A stretch of DNA of 64,000 nt. Origin: Myxococcales bacterium. GTDB lineage: Bacteria; Myxococcota; Myxococcia; Myxococcales; UBA5297. Positions within the stretch are counted from its first letter, which is position 1. Each line of letters starts with the position of its first letter. The DNA lies in contig JASGHK010000008.1 of NCBI GenBank assembly GCA_049841135.1, forward strand, positions 147,272-211,271, read 5' to 3'. The notes under the pieces were generated by a model. That model saw nothing but the letters and a program-made list of their open reading frames with translations. It was not told the DNA's origin and made no database searches. Positions 9,683-19,435 of the stretch are shown in pieces. A program made the translations under genes and the position numbers.

Positions 9683-9940
9683 ATGGCTGAGAACGAGCCC
9701 GCGCCGCGCCCTGGTTCAGTCGTGCCGCTCCCACCTCGACACCGCAAACTGCGAAGCGCCGCGAACGTGCGCAGCCTCATGGCGTGGATCGTCCGGGAGT
9801 TGGAAGCCAACCGCCTGGACCCCGAGCGGGCGCGCGCCATGACCATGGCTGCCCAGACGCTGCTCAAGTCCATCGAGACGGCCACGCTTGAGAAGAAGAT
9901 CAAGGACTTCGAAGCCAGCCGGCGAGCGGGCACGCTGTGA
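9683..9940 (+). CDS. Hypothetical small protein
   Basis: AGGAG RBS directly upstream. 85 aa. First gene of a three-gene operon. Confidence 0.45.
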   Translation: MAENEPAPRPGSVVPLPPRHRKLRSAANVRSLMAWIVRELEANRLDPERARAMTMAAQTLLKSIETATLEKKIKDFEASRRAGTL

Positions 9941-10206
9941 ACTACAAGCGCATGCGCCGGAGGGTGGAGCGCCTCATTGCCCAGCTCGAACAACGGCAGG
10001 GCGCTGCAGCCGTCAACAACCAGGTCCTCGCGCGCGAGCCCAAGCCGCCCGCACTGCGCATCGCCGGGCCGGTGGATGCCACTGCAGCCGACTGGGCCGG
10101 GAGACTGCTGCGCCTACCTCCCGAGGTCCGCCGCGCCGCGGTTGAGCGCATGGGCCAGGTGCTTGCCGAGGTCGAGCAAGACGCAGCGAAATCTTCGGGG
10201 AAGTAG
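9937..10206 (+). CDS. Hypothetical small basic protein
   Basis: GTGA start/stop overlap with the preceding gene. 89 aa. Confidence 0.4.
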   Translation: MNYKRMRRRVERLIAQLEQRQGAAAVNNQVLAREPKPPALRIAGPVDATAADWAGRLLRLPPEVRRAAVERMGQVLAEVEQDAAKSSGK

Positions 10207-10262
10207 CGGCCGGTTTTCATAATTTGCACTCGCGGGCTCGCGCTCGCAGTCGAGGTGAAGCG

Positions 10263-10727
10263 ATGCCTACCCTCCGCTTGCCTGAAGCCCCCTCGCTTCG
10301 AACAGAGCAAGGCCTTTGGGCCCTCGGGTATCGCTGGGTGTGGGGTATCGCAGCCTTCGGGCTCGCTCGTGACGGACAGCCGCAGAGCATCCACGCCGCA
10401 GCCGTCTTGCTCCCCGAGGACTTCAAGCCGGCAGACCTGGCGCCCGAGGTCATCCGCCAGCGCGTGCGAGCGTGCGCGTTCGGTTCGGCCGAGGTCACGA
10501 GAGGCGCACCCCTTCGCCGGGTAGGACTTCGGGCCGCACAGCGGGCGGTCGACGCCCTGGGCCTGCCGCTCGACTACCTGCTACGTGGCTTCTCGTATGA
10601 CCTGCCGGGCACCTACGTTCCTGGCGAGCACATCGAACAGGGCGAGCAACGGTGTCTGAGCATCGCCGCAGCCGCAACCCTCGCCGGATTGGCAGTCCGG
10701 GAACGGATGGCACAGTCTGGCGCGTGA
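10263..10727 (+). CDS. RNase HII-like protein with substituted catalytic residues (predicted inactive)
   Basis: GAGGTG RBS. RNase HII-like blocks are recognisable: VWGIAAFGLARDG (where RnhB has GVDEAGRGP), DYLLRGFSYDLP (RnhB YVLIDGNRCPKLP) and EQRCLSIAAAATLAG (RnhB GDSRVPEISAASILAK). The D-E-D-D catalytic positions read A-A-R-E. Confidence 0.45.
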   Translation: MPTLRLPEAPSLRTEQGLWALGYRWVWGIAAFGLARDGQPQSIHAAAVLLPEDFKPADLAPEVIRQRVRACAFGSAEVTRGAPLRRVGLRAAQRAVDALGLPLDYLLRGFSYDLPGTYVPGEHIEQGEQRCLSIAAAATLAGLAVRERMAQSGA

Positions 10728-10728
10728 C

Positions 10729-11124
10729 CTACTGCTTCGCGGCACCCGCTGCCGCCGGCTGCGTCTTCTTCCACTCCTCAAACGCCGCCTTGGCCTGCCT
10801 GTCCTGCTCCTCGGCGCTGAGCGGGGCGATCTTTTCAGTAGCCGTGACCGGGTTGGCGGCAGTGGGCGCTACGGGCACTTGGGCCGGCGGGGTGGCGCAC
10901 TGGATGGCGATGAAGCCGTTGACGCTGGTTGCCTCATCAATGATGTAGCCGTCGGGGCACGCGTCCCCAGCGCGCGCGACGCAGTTGGAGTGATTCCGGC
11001 ACCTGATCCCCAACCAGTCGGCGCCATCGGGCCCGCGGAAGACGTCGGTCCGGGCCCTGCTCGCGCAACTCAGGGTGAGTGCAAACGCTACGACAACGAC
11101 TGCGAAGCCGGCGCCGCGAATCAT
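10729..11124 (-). CDS. Secreted hypothetical protein
   Basis: Start MIRGAGFAVVVAFALTLSCASRA (signal peptide). Cys-containing small domain, then an Ala/Pro-rich tail. Confidence 0.45.
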   Translation of the reverse strand: MIRGAGFAVVVVAFALTLSCASRARTDVFRGPDGADWLGIRCRNHSNCVARAGDACPDGYIIDEATSVNGFIAIQCATPPAQVPVAPTAANPVTATEKIAPLSAEEQDRQAKAAFEEWKKTQPAAAGAAKQ

Positions 11125-11545
11125 GGGAAAACCCCCGCAGCGGGAAAGATAGCACGGCGCCAATCTCGGGTCGGCGGTCGTGCTCCCGGGCGCACCACCC
11201 ACGTTCCGCGCCGCGACGTTGCCCTGCTCCGCACGCTCTCTGCCTTCCCTTGGCCCTCTGTCTGCAACGGGGGCGCTGGACGGGTTCTCGATGGAGGGAG
11301 GGCGGCGGGATGACAGCGGACAGGATGTTTCGGAAGCTCGCAGCGCTGGCGCTGGCCGTGGGCGAGTTGGAGCTACAGACCGCCCAGAAAGAGCGCGACT
11401 GGCAGCGAGTCCGACGGGCAAGACTGCTCCTAGCCGCAGCCGAACGGTTCGCCAGCGCGCTGCTCAGCACGGGCGTTGAGGTCCACTTGACCTTGGATGG
11501 GCTCTGACCCCGAGGTGCTACAGTGCCGAGCGGGAGGCCTAGACC

Positions 11546-12196
11546 ATGACTCGGCTCGTAGTCGCTGCGATCGCATGCCTTGTGGCTGCCAACTGCACGG
11601 GCCCGGCGGGGGCGCAAGGGGCAAAAGGAGAACAGGGGCCCCAAGGCGTAGTTGGTCCGACTGGCGCGACTGGGGCAACGGGGGCTACCGGAGTAGCAGG
11701 CGCGACAGGGGCCCAAGGAGACCCAGGCACCAAGGGCGATCAAGGTGAACAGGGAGCGAAGGGCGACCCCGGCGCAGCATGCAGGCAGGCAGTCTTGAAG
11801 ACAGCAAATGGCGCCGTCGTTGGAGTGGGAGTGGCGCCGTTCGGGCCTCCCAACTTCGATACGACCGTGACCGCGTTCAACACTGCGGCCAACAAGTTGA
11901 TGGTCGTGCGGCTGGACACCGGACGCCTGGACGTTCGCGCCGTCGTCTACTTCGAAGACGCCTACTGCGGCGGGAAGGCGTGGATTGAGAAGACAGGAGC
12001 CGTCCTAGTCGAAGGCGAGAGCACGACGCGTCTCTTCGCCCCCACTTTCACCAAGGCTCAGTCCTTCCAAGCGGGCTCGATGATCGCCATGCAGGGATGC
12101 ATCAGCAACAGCAAGTCCGGCACTGGCTATCCCGTGACGGAAGTGACCGACCCCGCCTATCCCTACGCCACGCCGCTGGAGATCGTGCTCCAGTAG
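11546..12196 (+). CDS. Collagen-like triple-helix repeat protein (secreted/lipoprotein)
   Basis: Signal peptide [19 protein letters not shown]. About 25 Gly-X-Y triplets ([28 protein letters not shown]…). Globular C-terminal domain. Confidence 0.65.
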   Translation: MTRLVVAAIACLVAANCTGPAGAQGAKGEQGPQGVVGPTGATGATGATGVAGATGAQGDPGTKGDQGEQGAKGDPGAACRQAVLKTANGAVVGVGVAPFGPPNFDTTVTAFNTAANKLMVVRLDTGRLDVRAVVYFEDAYCGGKAWIEKTGAVLVEGESTTRLFAPTFTKAQSFQAGSMIAMQGCISNSKSGTGYPVTEVTDPAYPYATPLEIVLQ

Positions 12197-12298
12197 CCCT
12201 CTCAGACCGCCCGGCCGGCGGGCACAGATTCTCGCGAGCTGCCACGCGGGTGACTCGGCGTGCAGCGGGTCTCGCTAGCTCGAACGTAGGATCGCGCA

Positions 12299-12625
12299 AT
12301 GCCCGAGAAGAAGCCCCAGGAACTCCGCGTGAGGATCGTCAACACCTGCGCCAACGAGGCGGAAGAGGAGGACGTGCGGCGCGAACTCGTGCAATGGATG
12401 CTGCGAGTAGACGCCCGGTGCCAGGCCGAGGACGCCCTGGTCAAGCACACCGTCAACGCCATGACTGCGGATGAGCGCGAGCGGATCCGAAGCATCAACA
12501 TCGCAAACACCCGGGCTGAACGGTTACGGGTCTGGAGGGACTATGTGGCCTGGCTCCAGCGAGTGAAGGCCGACGTCGGAGGGAACAAGCATCAGAAGAC
12601 GCCTCGCGCAAGGCGGCGCAGTTGA
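12299..12625 (+). CDS. Hypothetical protein
   Basis: 108-aa ORF, charged and helical. No family recognised. Confidence 0.35.
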   Translation: MPEKKPQELRVRIVNTCANEAEEEDVRRELVQWMLRVDARCQAEDALVKHTVNAMTADERERIRSINIANTRAERLRVWRDYVAWLQRVKADVGGNKHQKTPRARRRS

Positions 12626-12655
12626 CCTGTTCGTGGAAGCGAGCGCTTAGGGGGT

Positions 12656-12895
12656 GTGCCGATGCCTGACGACAAGAAGCCGAAGCCCCATTGGCAAGAG
12701 GAGGGAGAGCTTCCCACCGATGAGTGGGTGAAGCAGATGGCAGCCGAGATCAGGGCCAAGCGGGAACGGAAGCGCCAAGAAGGCAAAGCGCAGAAGCAGC
12801 CACCGACCACGGACGACCCGCCCATGTTCAGACTTGGTGGGCAACCGCCTGTTGAGCCGCCACCTCGGGACCCGCCCGAGGACGAAGAAGGCTAG
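12656..12895 (+). CDS. Hypothetical small charged protein
   Basis: 79-aa ORF rich in K/E/P. Confidence 0.3.
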   Translation: MPMPDDKKPKPHWQEEGELPTDEWVKQMAAEIRAKRERKRQEGKAQKQPPTTDDPPMFRLGGQPPVEPPPRDPPEDEEG

Positions 12896-13353
12896 TCTTC
12901 GACACCCAGACGACCCGAAAGAGGAAGCGCGCGAATCGCGTCCCTGTCTCCTTTGGACAGAGGGATCTTCTTCGCCCGAGCAGCGATAGCGGCCCAGTCG
13001 CCAGGTTGGGTTGGCGCGGCTCGTTCGTCCTTTGGCCGTGGTGGCAACTCGCGCACCGGGTCTTCTTCAAGTGCCGCTACCACGGAAGCACGGAAGACCA
13101 TCGTGCGTCGGCCGATTCGTCTGGCTCGACGGACCACTCCGTCCCGAATGAGCGCGAAGACGTGGGTGCGCCCGCAGCGGAGGAGTGTGGCCGCCTCATC
13201 GACGGTGACCACGAGTGGTTTCTCGACGGCATCGTTGGGCCGAGAGGCTTGGTCTTTAGTTGCTGAAGACTTCGCCTCGACCAGCGCCACGAGTCTCCGG
13301 GTCAAATGGACGAGTTCGACCAGCAACTCCCGTTCAGTCTCAAGAGTGGGCAT
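12892..13353 (-). CDS. AlpA/excisionase-family (HTH_17) DNA-binding protein at the element end
   Basis: [47 protein letters not shown]. Located directly next to the comM junction. Confidence 0.6.
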   Translation of the reverse strand: MPTLETERELLVELVHLTRRLVALVEAKSSATKDQASRPNDAVEKPLVVTVDEAATLLRCGRTHVFALIRDGVVRRARRIGRRTMVFRASVVAALEEDPVRELPPRPKDERAAPTQPGDWAAIAARAKKIPLSKGDRDAIRALPLSGRLGVED

Positions 13354-13539
13354 GCGCGAAGCCTAGCCCGACGCGCCAGGAGGCCTCAGGACGAACGTGC
13401 AGCGTGGCCCATCTGGGAGCCCAACCCACTACCTGTGACGCGCAGGAAGGGCTGTTTTGGCGGTTTGGCGGGCCACGGCGGGCGGGCCTTCCTACACCGC
13501 GACCGAGAGGAGAAACGGTACCCCGGACATATGTCCCGA

Positions 13540-14426
13540 CTGGGTTGATGCTCGGGCCGCCTGGCTCTGGGAAGACGATGCTCGCCAAGCGCCTGCCCAC
13601 CATCCTGCCGGGCATGAGCTTCGAGGAAGCGCTCGAGACGACGAAGGTCTACAGCGTCGTGGGCATGGTCGGCGACCGCTCGCTCATCTACGAGCGCCCC
13701 TTCCGCGCGCCGCACCACACCATCAGCGACGCTGGCCTCATCGGCGGCGGCTCGGTGCCGCGGCCGGGCGAGGTCTCGCTCGCGCACAACGGCGTGCTCT
13801 TCCTGGACGAGCTGCCCGAGTTCAAGAAGAACGTCCTCGAGGTCCTGCGCCAGCCTCTGGAGGACGGCAAGGTCACCATCGCTCGCGCCGCGCAGACCAT
13901 CACCTTCCCCTCGCGGATGATGCTGCTGGCGGCGATGAACCCCTGTCCCTGCGGCCACGCGGGCAGCGGCACGCACCCCTGCAACTGCAACCCCAAGGAG
14001 GTCCTGAGTTACCGCTCGCGGATCAGCGGGCCGCTGCTGGACCGGATCGACCTGCACGTCACCGTGCCGCCGGTGCGCTACCGCGACCTGACGCCGCAGC
14101 GCGAGGGCGAGACCTCCGCGGCGCTGCGCGAGCGAGTCCAGCAGGCGCGGGCGCTGCAGCTGACCCGCTTCCTGCGGACGCCGGGCACCCACTGCAACGC
14201 GCAGATGACGCCCCGGCAGATCCGCCGGTTCTGCGAAGTCGACGCCGAGGGCGCCTCGCTGCTGCAGAACGTGGTCGACCGGGTCGGCATGAGCGCGCGG
14301 GCCTACGACCGCATCCTCAAGGTCGCCAGGACGATCGCCGACCTCGACGGCTCCGAGGCCATCCGCTCGAGCCACGTCAGCGAGGCCATCAGCTACCGGA
14401 CGCTCGACAGGAAGCTTCCGGCTTGA
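13540..14426 (+). pseudogene. comM: comM/yifB (Mg-chelatase-like AAA+ competence protein), 3' two-thirds only. The N-terminal Lon-like domain is missing.
   Basis: Homology begins abruptly at Walker A ([17 protein letters not shown]) and runs through the ChlI AAA+ and C-terminal domains (AAMNPCPCG…). The ~200-aa N-terminal domain is absent, and the upstream DNA encodes the oppositely oriented Xis-like gene. Confidence 0.75.
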
Positions 14427-14524
14427 AGGGCGCCGCCGGCGCGCCTCCGGAGGATGGGCCTCCGGGGCGCGGGCGGGCGGCGGTTCACACGACGAGCCCT
14501 GGGCAAGGGCGGGAGGGGAGAGGC

Positions 14525-15572
<1,048 letters not shown>

Positions 15573-15743
15573 CCAGCGGGACGGACGTGTCGGCGGGCTC
15601 GCCGCCAAGGGAACATGGGTGGCTGGGTGAGGTGGGGTGGCGAGTGACGAGCGAGGGCCCGGAGCCATTCCGGTTCCGGGCCCTCTTGGTCGGGGCAGGT
15701 CAACCGCGCGCTGCGAGAGCGGCGCAACCGAGGAGGGGACGCA

Positions 15744-16205
15744 ATGTCGATGGCAAGGGCGATGGGGCGGGAGCGCGAAGCGCGCCGGTGGACCGGAGCC
15801 ACGATCATCCCGGCGGTGCACGGGGCCGCGCGCTGGGCGATGGGCGAGCATGCTGCGGTCCGCGAATACCTCGAGGCGCAGGAGAGCGCTCACGGCCAAC
15901 CTGGCGAGGTGCCTGAGAGCGAGATCGGCCGGCTGGCCGCGCGGCTCTACGAGAGCGGTGCGACGCGCGAGGAGCGCAAGGAGCTGCTCGCGTTCCTCGC
16001 CCACCACGGCACGGCCCGGGCGACCAGCGAGCTGCAGCGCTTCGTCGAGCGCTGCGAGCCCGGGCTCTTGCGCTTCGCGGAGCTGGCCTACGAGGAGGCG
16101 CTCGGCCGGGCCCAGCCCGCAGCGCGAACGCTGGGCCGCCAGGAGCCCTGCCCGTGCGGCAGCGGCAGCAAGTTCAAGGACTGCTGCGCGCGGGGGCTCT
16201 CATGA
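15744..16205 (+). CDS. SEC-C motif domain protein
   Basis: C-terminal [13 protein letters not shown] metal-binding SEC-C motif. Confidence 0.55.
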   Translation: MSMARAMGREREARRWTGATIIPAVHGAARWAMGEHAAVREYLEAQESAHGQPGEVPESEIGRLAARLYESGATREERKELLAFLAHHGTARATSELQRFVERCEPGLLRFAELAYEEALGRAQPAARTLGRQEPCPCGSGSKFKDCCARGLS

Positions 16206-16519
16206 GGACCGCCCTCGTCGCCCTGCTCGCGGGAGCACTGCTCCTCGGGACTGGCTGCTTCATGCGCCCCTGGGCCATCGAAGAGAGCGACCGGATCGAC
16301 CGGCTGCTGGAGCACGAGGTGGACGACGCCGACGGCGAGGCGTTCGCCGGCGTCTCCACGCCGCGGTGCCTAAGCCCCACCGCGGTCGCGGAGGTCGAGC
16401 ACCGCTCGAGCACTGCCCAGACCAAGAAGGCGAAGAAGGGCAACTCGAAGGGCTCGAAGGACATCGTCTCCTTCTCTTCCCTCACGCCCGGCTCGAGCAA
16501 GAGCGGGAAGAAGCGCTAA
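16202..16519 (+). CDS. Small lipoprotein
   Basis: ATGA overlap with the upstream gene. Lipobox LLLGTGC after a signal peptide. Lys-rich tail. Confidence 0.45.
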   Translation: MRTALVALLAGALLLGTGCFMRPWAIEESDRIDRLLEHEVDDADGEAFAGVSTPRCLSPTAVAEVEHRSSTAQTKKAKKGNSKGSKDIVSFSSLTPGSSKSGKKR

Positions 16520-16546
16520 GGCTCCTGCCGGCACTCGAGGGCTCGC

Positions 16547-17191
16547 CTAGAGGAAGCTCTCGGGGACGTAGACGATGTCCCCGGGCTGCATGAAGAAGTT
16601 CTTCTCCCGGCCCTCGCCGATCGACTCCACCGGCACCTTCACCTTGCGCTCGTCGCTCTGGAGCGTCTTCTCGTCGACCACGACCCGCGTGACGATCACC
16701 GAGTCCTTGGCAGCCATCTTGGTGAAGCCGTTGGCGAGCGTGACGGCCTGGATGATGGTCATCTGCGGCTCGAAGGCGAAGGTCCCCGGCTTCTGCACCT
16801 CGCCGAAGACGAACACCTTCTGCGAGTTGTACTCCTTGAGGAAGACGGTGACCTGTGGGCGCTTGAGGTAGCCGTTCTTGAGGCAGCTGGTGAGCAAGTC
16901 CACGAGCGCACTGGAGGATAGCCCCGAAACCTTGATGCGGCCGCAGAACGGGTAGTCGATGGTCCCCTCGGTCGCCACCCGGAACGCGCCCGACAGGTCG
17001 GGCTCCTGGTAGACCCGGACCTCGAGCACGTCGCCGACCCCCAGCGCCGAGTTGGCCACCGGCTGGCTGCGAGCCATCTGGTCGCGGGTCGAGTAGCTCG
17101 GGACTTCCCGGCCAGGCGTCTTGCAGGCTGGCGCGACCAGCACCACGAGCGAGGCGACGGCGAGCAGGAGTGCGGAGCGCGAGACGAGCAT
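16547..17191 (-). CDS. Outer-membrane polysaccharide export protein, short OPX/Wza-like (Poly_export + SLBB)
   Basis: Lipoprotein signal (LVAPAC). Poly_export/SLBB-type sequence ([20 protein letters not shown]…[11 protein letters not shown]…[12 protein letters not shown]). Lacks the C-terminal Wza helix. Confidence 0.7.
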   Translation of the reverse strand: MLVSRSALLLAVASLVVLVAPACKTPGREVPSYSTRDQMARSQPVANSALGVGDVLEVRVYQEPDLSGAFRVATEGTIDYPFCGRIKVSGLSSSALVDLLTSCLKNGYLKRPQVTVFLKEYNSQKVFVFGEVQKPGTFAFEPQMTIIQAVTLANGFTKMAAKDSVIVTRVVVDEKTLQSDERKVKVPVESIGEGREKNFFMQPGDIVYVPESFL

Positions 17192-17261
17192 CGAACTCAC
17201 AAACGCGGGCAGGAGCGCGGGGATTCCCGCGTGCGCGCCCAGCAAACGTTCGGCGGAAGGC

Positions 17262-18509
17262 TCAGTAGATGAACTGGAGCTTCAGGAAGCCTTCGTGCCG
17301 CCAGAACTGGTTGTTGGAGGCATAGACCGAGAGCCCGGTCATGTAGGTCAGGCGGTAGCCGCCGCCGACCGTGACCCAGGGCTTGATCTCGTAGTCGAGG
17401 CCGAGGTCGAAGGCGATGTTGTGCTGGTCCTTGCCCGTCGCCCCAGCGCCGCGGAAGTTCAGGTAGTCGTAGGAGAGAGCGCCGTGGATGGTGAGCTTGC
17501 CGCCCAGGAGAATCCGCCCGTCCAGGTAGACGCGATCGTCGCCGAAGCTGTTGTAGGTGGAGCCACCCGTGGGCTCGAAGGTGCGCACGTAGCCCAGACG
17601 GAGCGAACCCGTCTCGGAGAGGAGGTAGCCGACCTCGGCCTGGCCGATGACGCTGGAGTAGGTGTTCAAGGAGAAGTCCTGCCCCCAGCCGGCGCGCAGC
17701 ATCACTTCCCAGTGCGTGGTGAGCAGACCGGCGACGCCGATGGTCGCCTTGAGGGACAGCATGTCCTTGCTGCGGACCCCACCCACCGAGTTCATGTACT
17801 GCCGAGCATTGAAGGCGGTGTCGAGGATGAGGGCGGTCTTGGGCAGGAACTTCCAGCGGCCGTTCAGGTTGGCCGTGTGGTTCATGTAGTCGAACGCCGA
17901 GACCTGGTCGGGGTTGCACTCCGGCGTGACCGGACCAGTTCCGCAGACCGAAATCTTTGAGTACGGCGAGAAGACCTCGACTCCGAACTTGTACCCTGGC
18001 TCGATGGTGATGGAGCCGTTGTAGGGGCGGATGGAGAGCTTGAGGCGGGCTTCGTTGAAGAGCGAGAGGGTGCCGTAGCGAAGGCTGGGCGAGCTGGTGT
18101 TGCGGTCGGAGCGAACGACGTGATCGCCGACGTCCAGCGCGATCTGTCCGTCGCGGTTGATGGCGAGGTCCAGGTCGGAGTCGATGGCCCAGTGCGACGC
18201 GGCAAGCGTGCCCTTGTTCATCAAGCCGGAGTACTGGACCCAGTCGAAGTTGCCGAGCCAGTTGAAGGCCACCATCGACGACGGCACTTCGAACTTGAAG
18301 CCGGGACGAATGTGGAAGAGGAGGTCACCGGGGATCTGCCCCGAGTCGACCACGGAGACCGCCGAGTCGAACCACGGCTCGAGCTCGATGTAGGGGTGGA
18401 GCCGAGCGCTGCCGAACTTGAGCCCCGGTCCTTCGGCGACTGCTGGCGTCGCAAGCAGAGTAGCCAGCGCAAGGATCGCCAAGCTGGCAGCGCGTGGTCT
18501 GCTCTGCAT
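17262..18509 (-). CDS. Outer-membrane beta-barrel protein, partner of the adjacent short OPX protein
   Basis: Signal peptide [27 protein letters not shown]. Alternating amphipathic beta pattern. C-terminal aromatic residue (…KLQFIY). Confidence 0.6.
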   Translation of the reverse strand: MQSRPRAASLAILALATLLATPAVAEGPGLKFGSARLHPYIELEPWFDSAVSVVDSGQIPGDLLFHIRPGFKFEVPSSMVAFNWLGNFDWVQYSGLMNKGTLAASHWAIDSDLDLAINRDGQIALDVGDHVVRSDRNTSSPSLRYGTLSLFNEARLKLSIRPYNGSITIEPGYKFGVEVFSPYSKISVCGTGPVTPECNPDQVSAFDYMNHTANLNGRWKFLPKTALILDTAFNARQYMNSVGGVRSKDMLSLKATIGVAGLLTTHWEVMLRAGWGQDFSLNTYSSVIGQAEVGYLLSETGSLRLGYVRTFEPTGGSTYNSFGDDRVYLDGRILLGGKLTIHGALSYDYLNFRGAGATGKDQHNIAFDLGLDYEIKPWVTVGGGYRLTYMTGLSVYASNNQFWRHEGFLKLQFIY

Positions 18510-18672
18510 CCGTAGTTGCGGCCTCAATCCTGGCTCCAAATCGGCAATGCGGCCCGCCCTAGCGGTGGCCCGGCAGCCACCGGACTTCCTCGACTTTTCT
18601 GCATCCCGCCCGGACCCTCGATCGAGGGCTTTCGCTGAAGCGCTGACTACTTAGCCCAACGCCGTCTCCTGA

Positions 18673-19230
18673 TCAACTGGTGGGACTGGCGGGTGGAGGG
18701 CGGTTCACCGGCGGCGGCGGCGGTGGCGTGACCGTTGGGTCGACCTGGGGCAGGTCGGGAGGCACCTCGACGATGACCTCCGTGTCCCCAGTCTCGAAAG
18801 CGAGCATGCCCACGCACTGCTCCGCCTCAGCCTTCAGCTGCTCGATCTTGGCGCGGGCGATGGTGACCTTGGTGTACTCGTGCTCGGCGGTCTGGGACTC
18901 CTTCTTGGCGACCGCCTCCTGCAGCGAGATGTCCGCCTGCTCGCTGATGCGCAGCAGGCCCTTGATGTTGGTCAGCTTCTCGTTGACGCAGTTGAGCTTG
19001 ACGACGTCCTTGCTCGCGCGTGCTTCCTCGAGCTTGCCGAGGACGACCTTCAGCCCCGCACGCATCTGCGTGAGGAACTCGGTCGACTTCTGCAGCTTCT
19101 CGGGGTCCGGGACGTTCTCGGCCTTCGCCTGTGTCTGGTCGGAGGTTGCAGGAGGCTCCGCGGCAACCGCGGTCCCCATCACCAGCCCCCCGGCCAGAAC
19201 CCCAGCGACGATCGACAGCCGCTTTCTCAT
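18673..19230 (-). CDS. Secreted coiled-coil protein with a Pro-rich C-terminus
   Basis: Signal peptide, heptad-rich central region, then PPPPPPVNRPPPASPTS tail. Confidence 0.45.
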   Translation of the reverse strand: MRKRLSIVAGVLAGGLVMGTAVAAEPPATSDQTQAKAENVPDPEKLQKSTEFLTQMRAGLKVVLGKLEEARASKDVVKLNCVNEKLTNIKGLLRISEQADISLQEAVAKKESQTAEHEYTKVTIARAKIEQLKAEAEQCVGMLAFETGDTEVIVEVPPDLPQVDPTVTPPPPPPVNRPPPASPTS

Positions 19231-19435
19231 CGTGTCGCCTCTGTGAAACCAACGGGTTCAGCCCGATTCAAAAAGTGGGGAATTATACGGACTTGGCTGA
19301 ACCAGTGTCAATGAAGTGTCGGGCTCGACTTCGCTCCGGTTGCAGCAGCTCTCCTGTTGGGTGTCCACCCGCGTTCCGGGCATTCACGAAGGCTGCAACA
19401 CCTCGTACCCACATCCGTTTTCACACAAGACGCCG

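Noticed and set aside
14427-14524. Possible LexA/SOS box upstream of recA
   Set aside because: Only a partial GTTCAC half-site is present. There is no match to CTGT-N8-ACAG or to the deltaproteobacterial CTRHAMRYBYGTTCAGS consensus.
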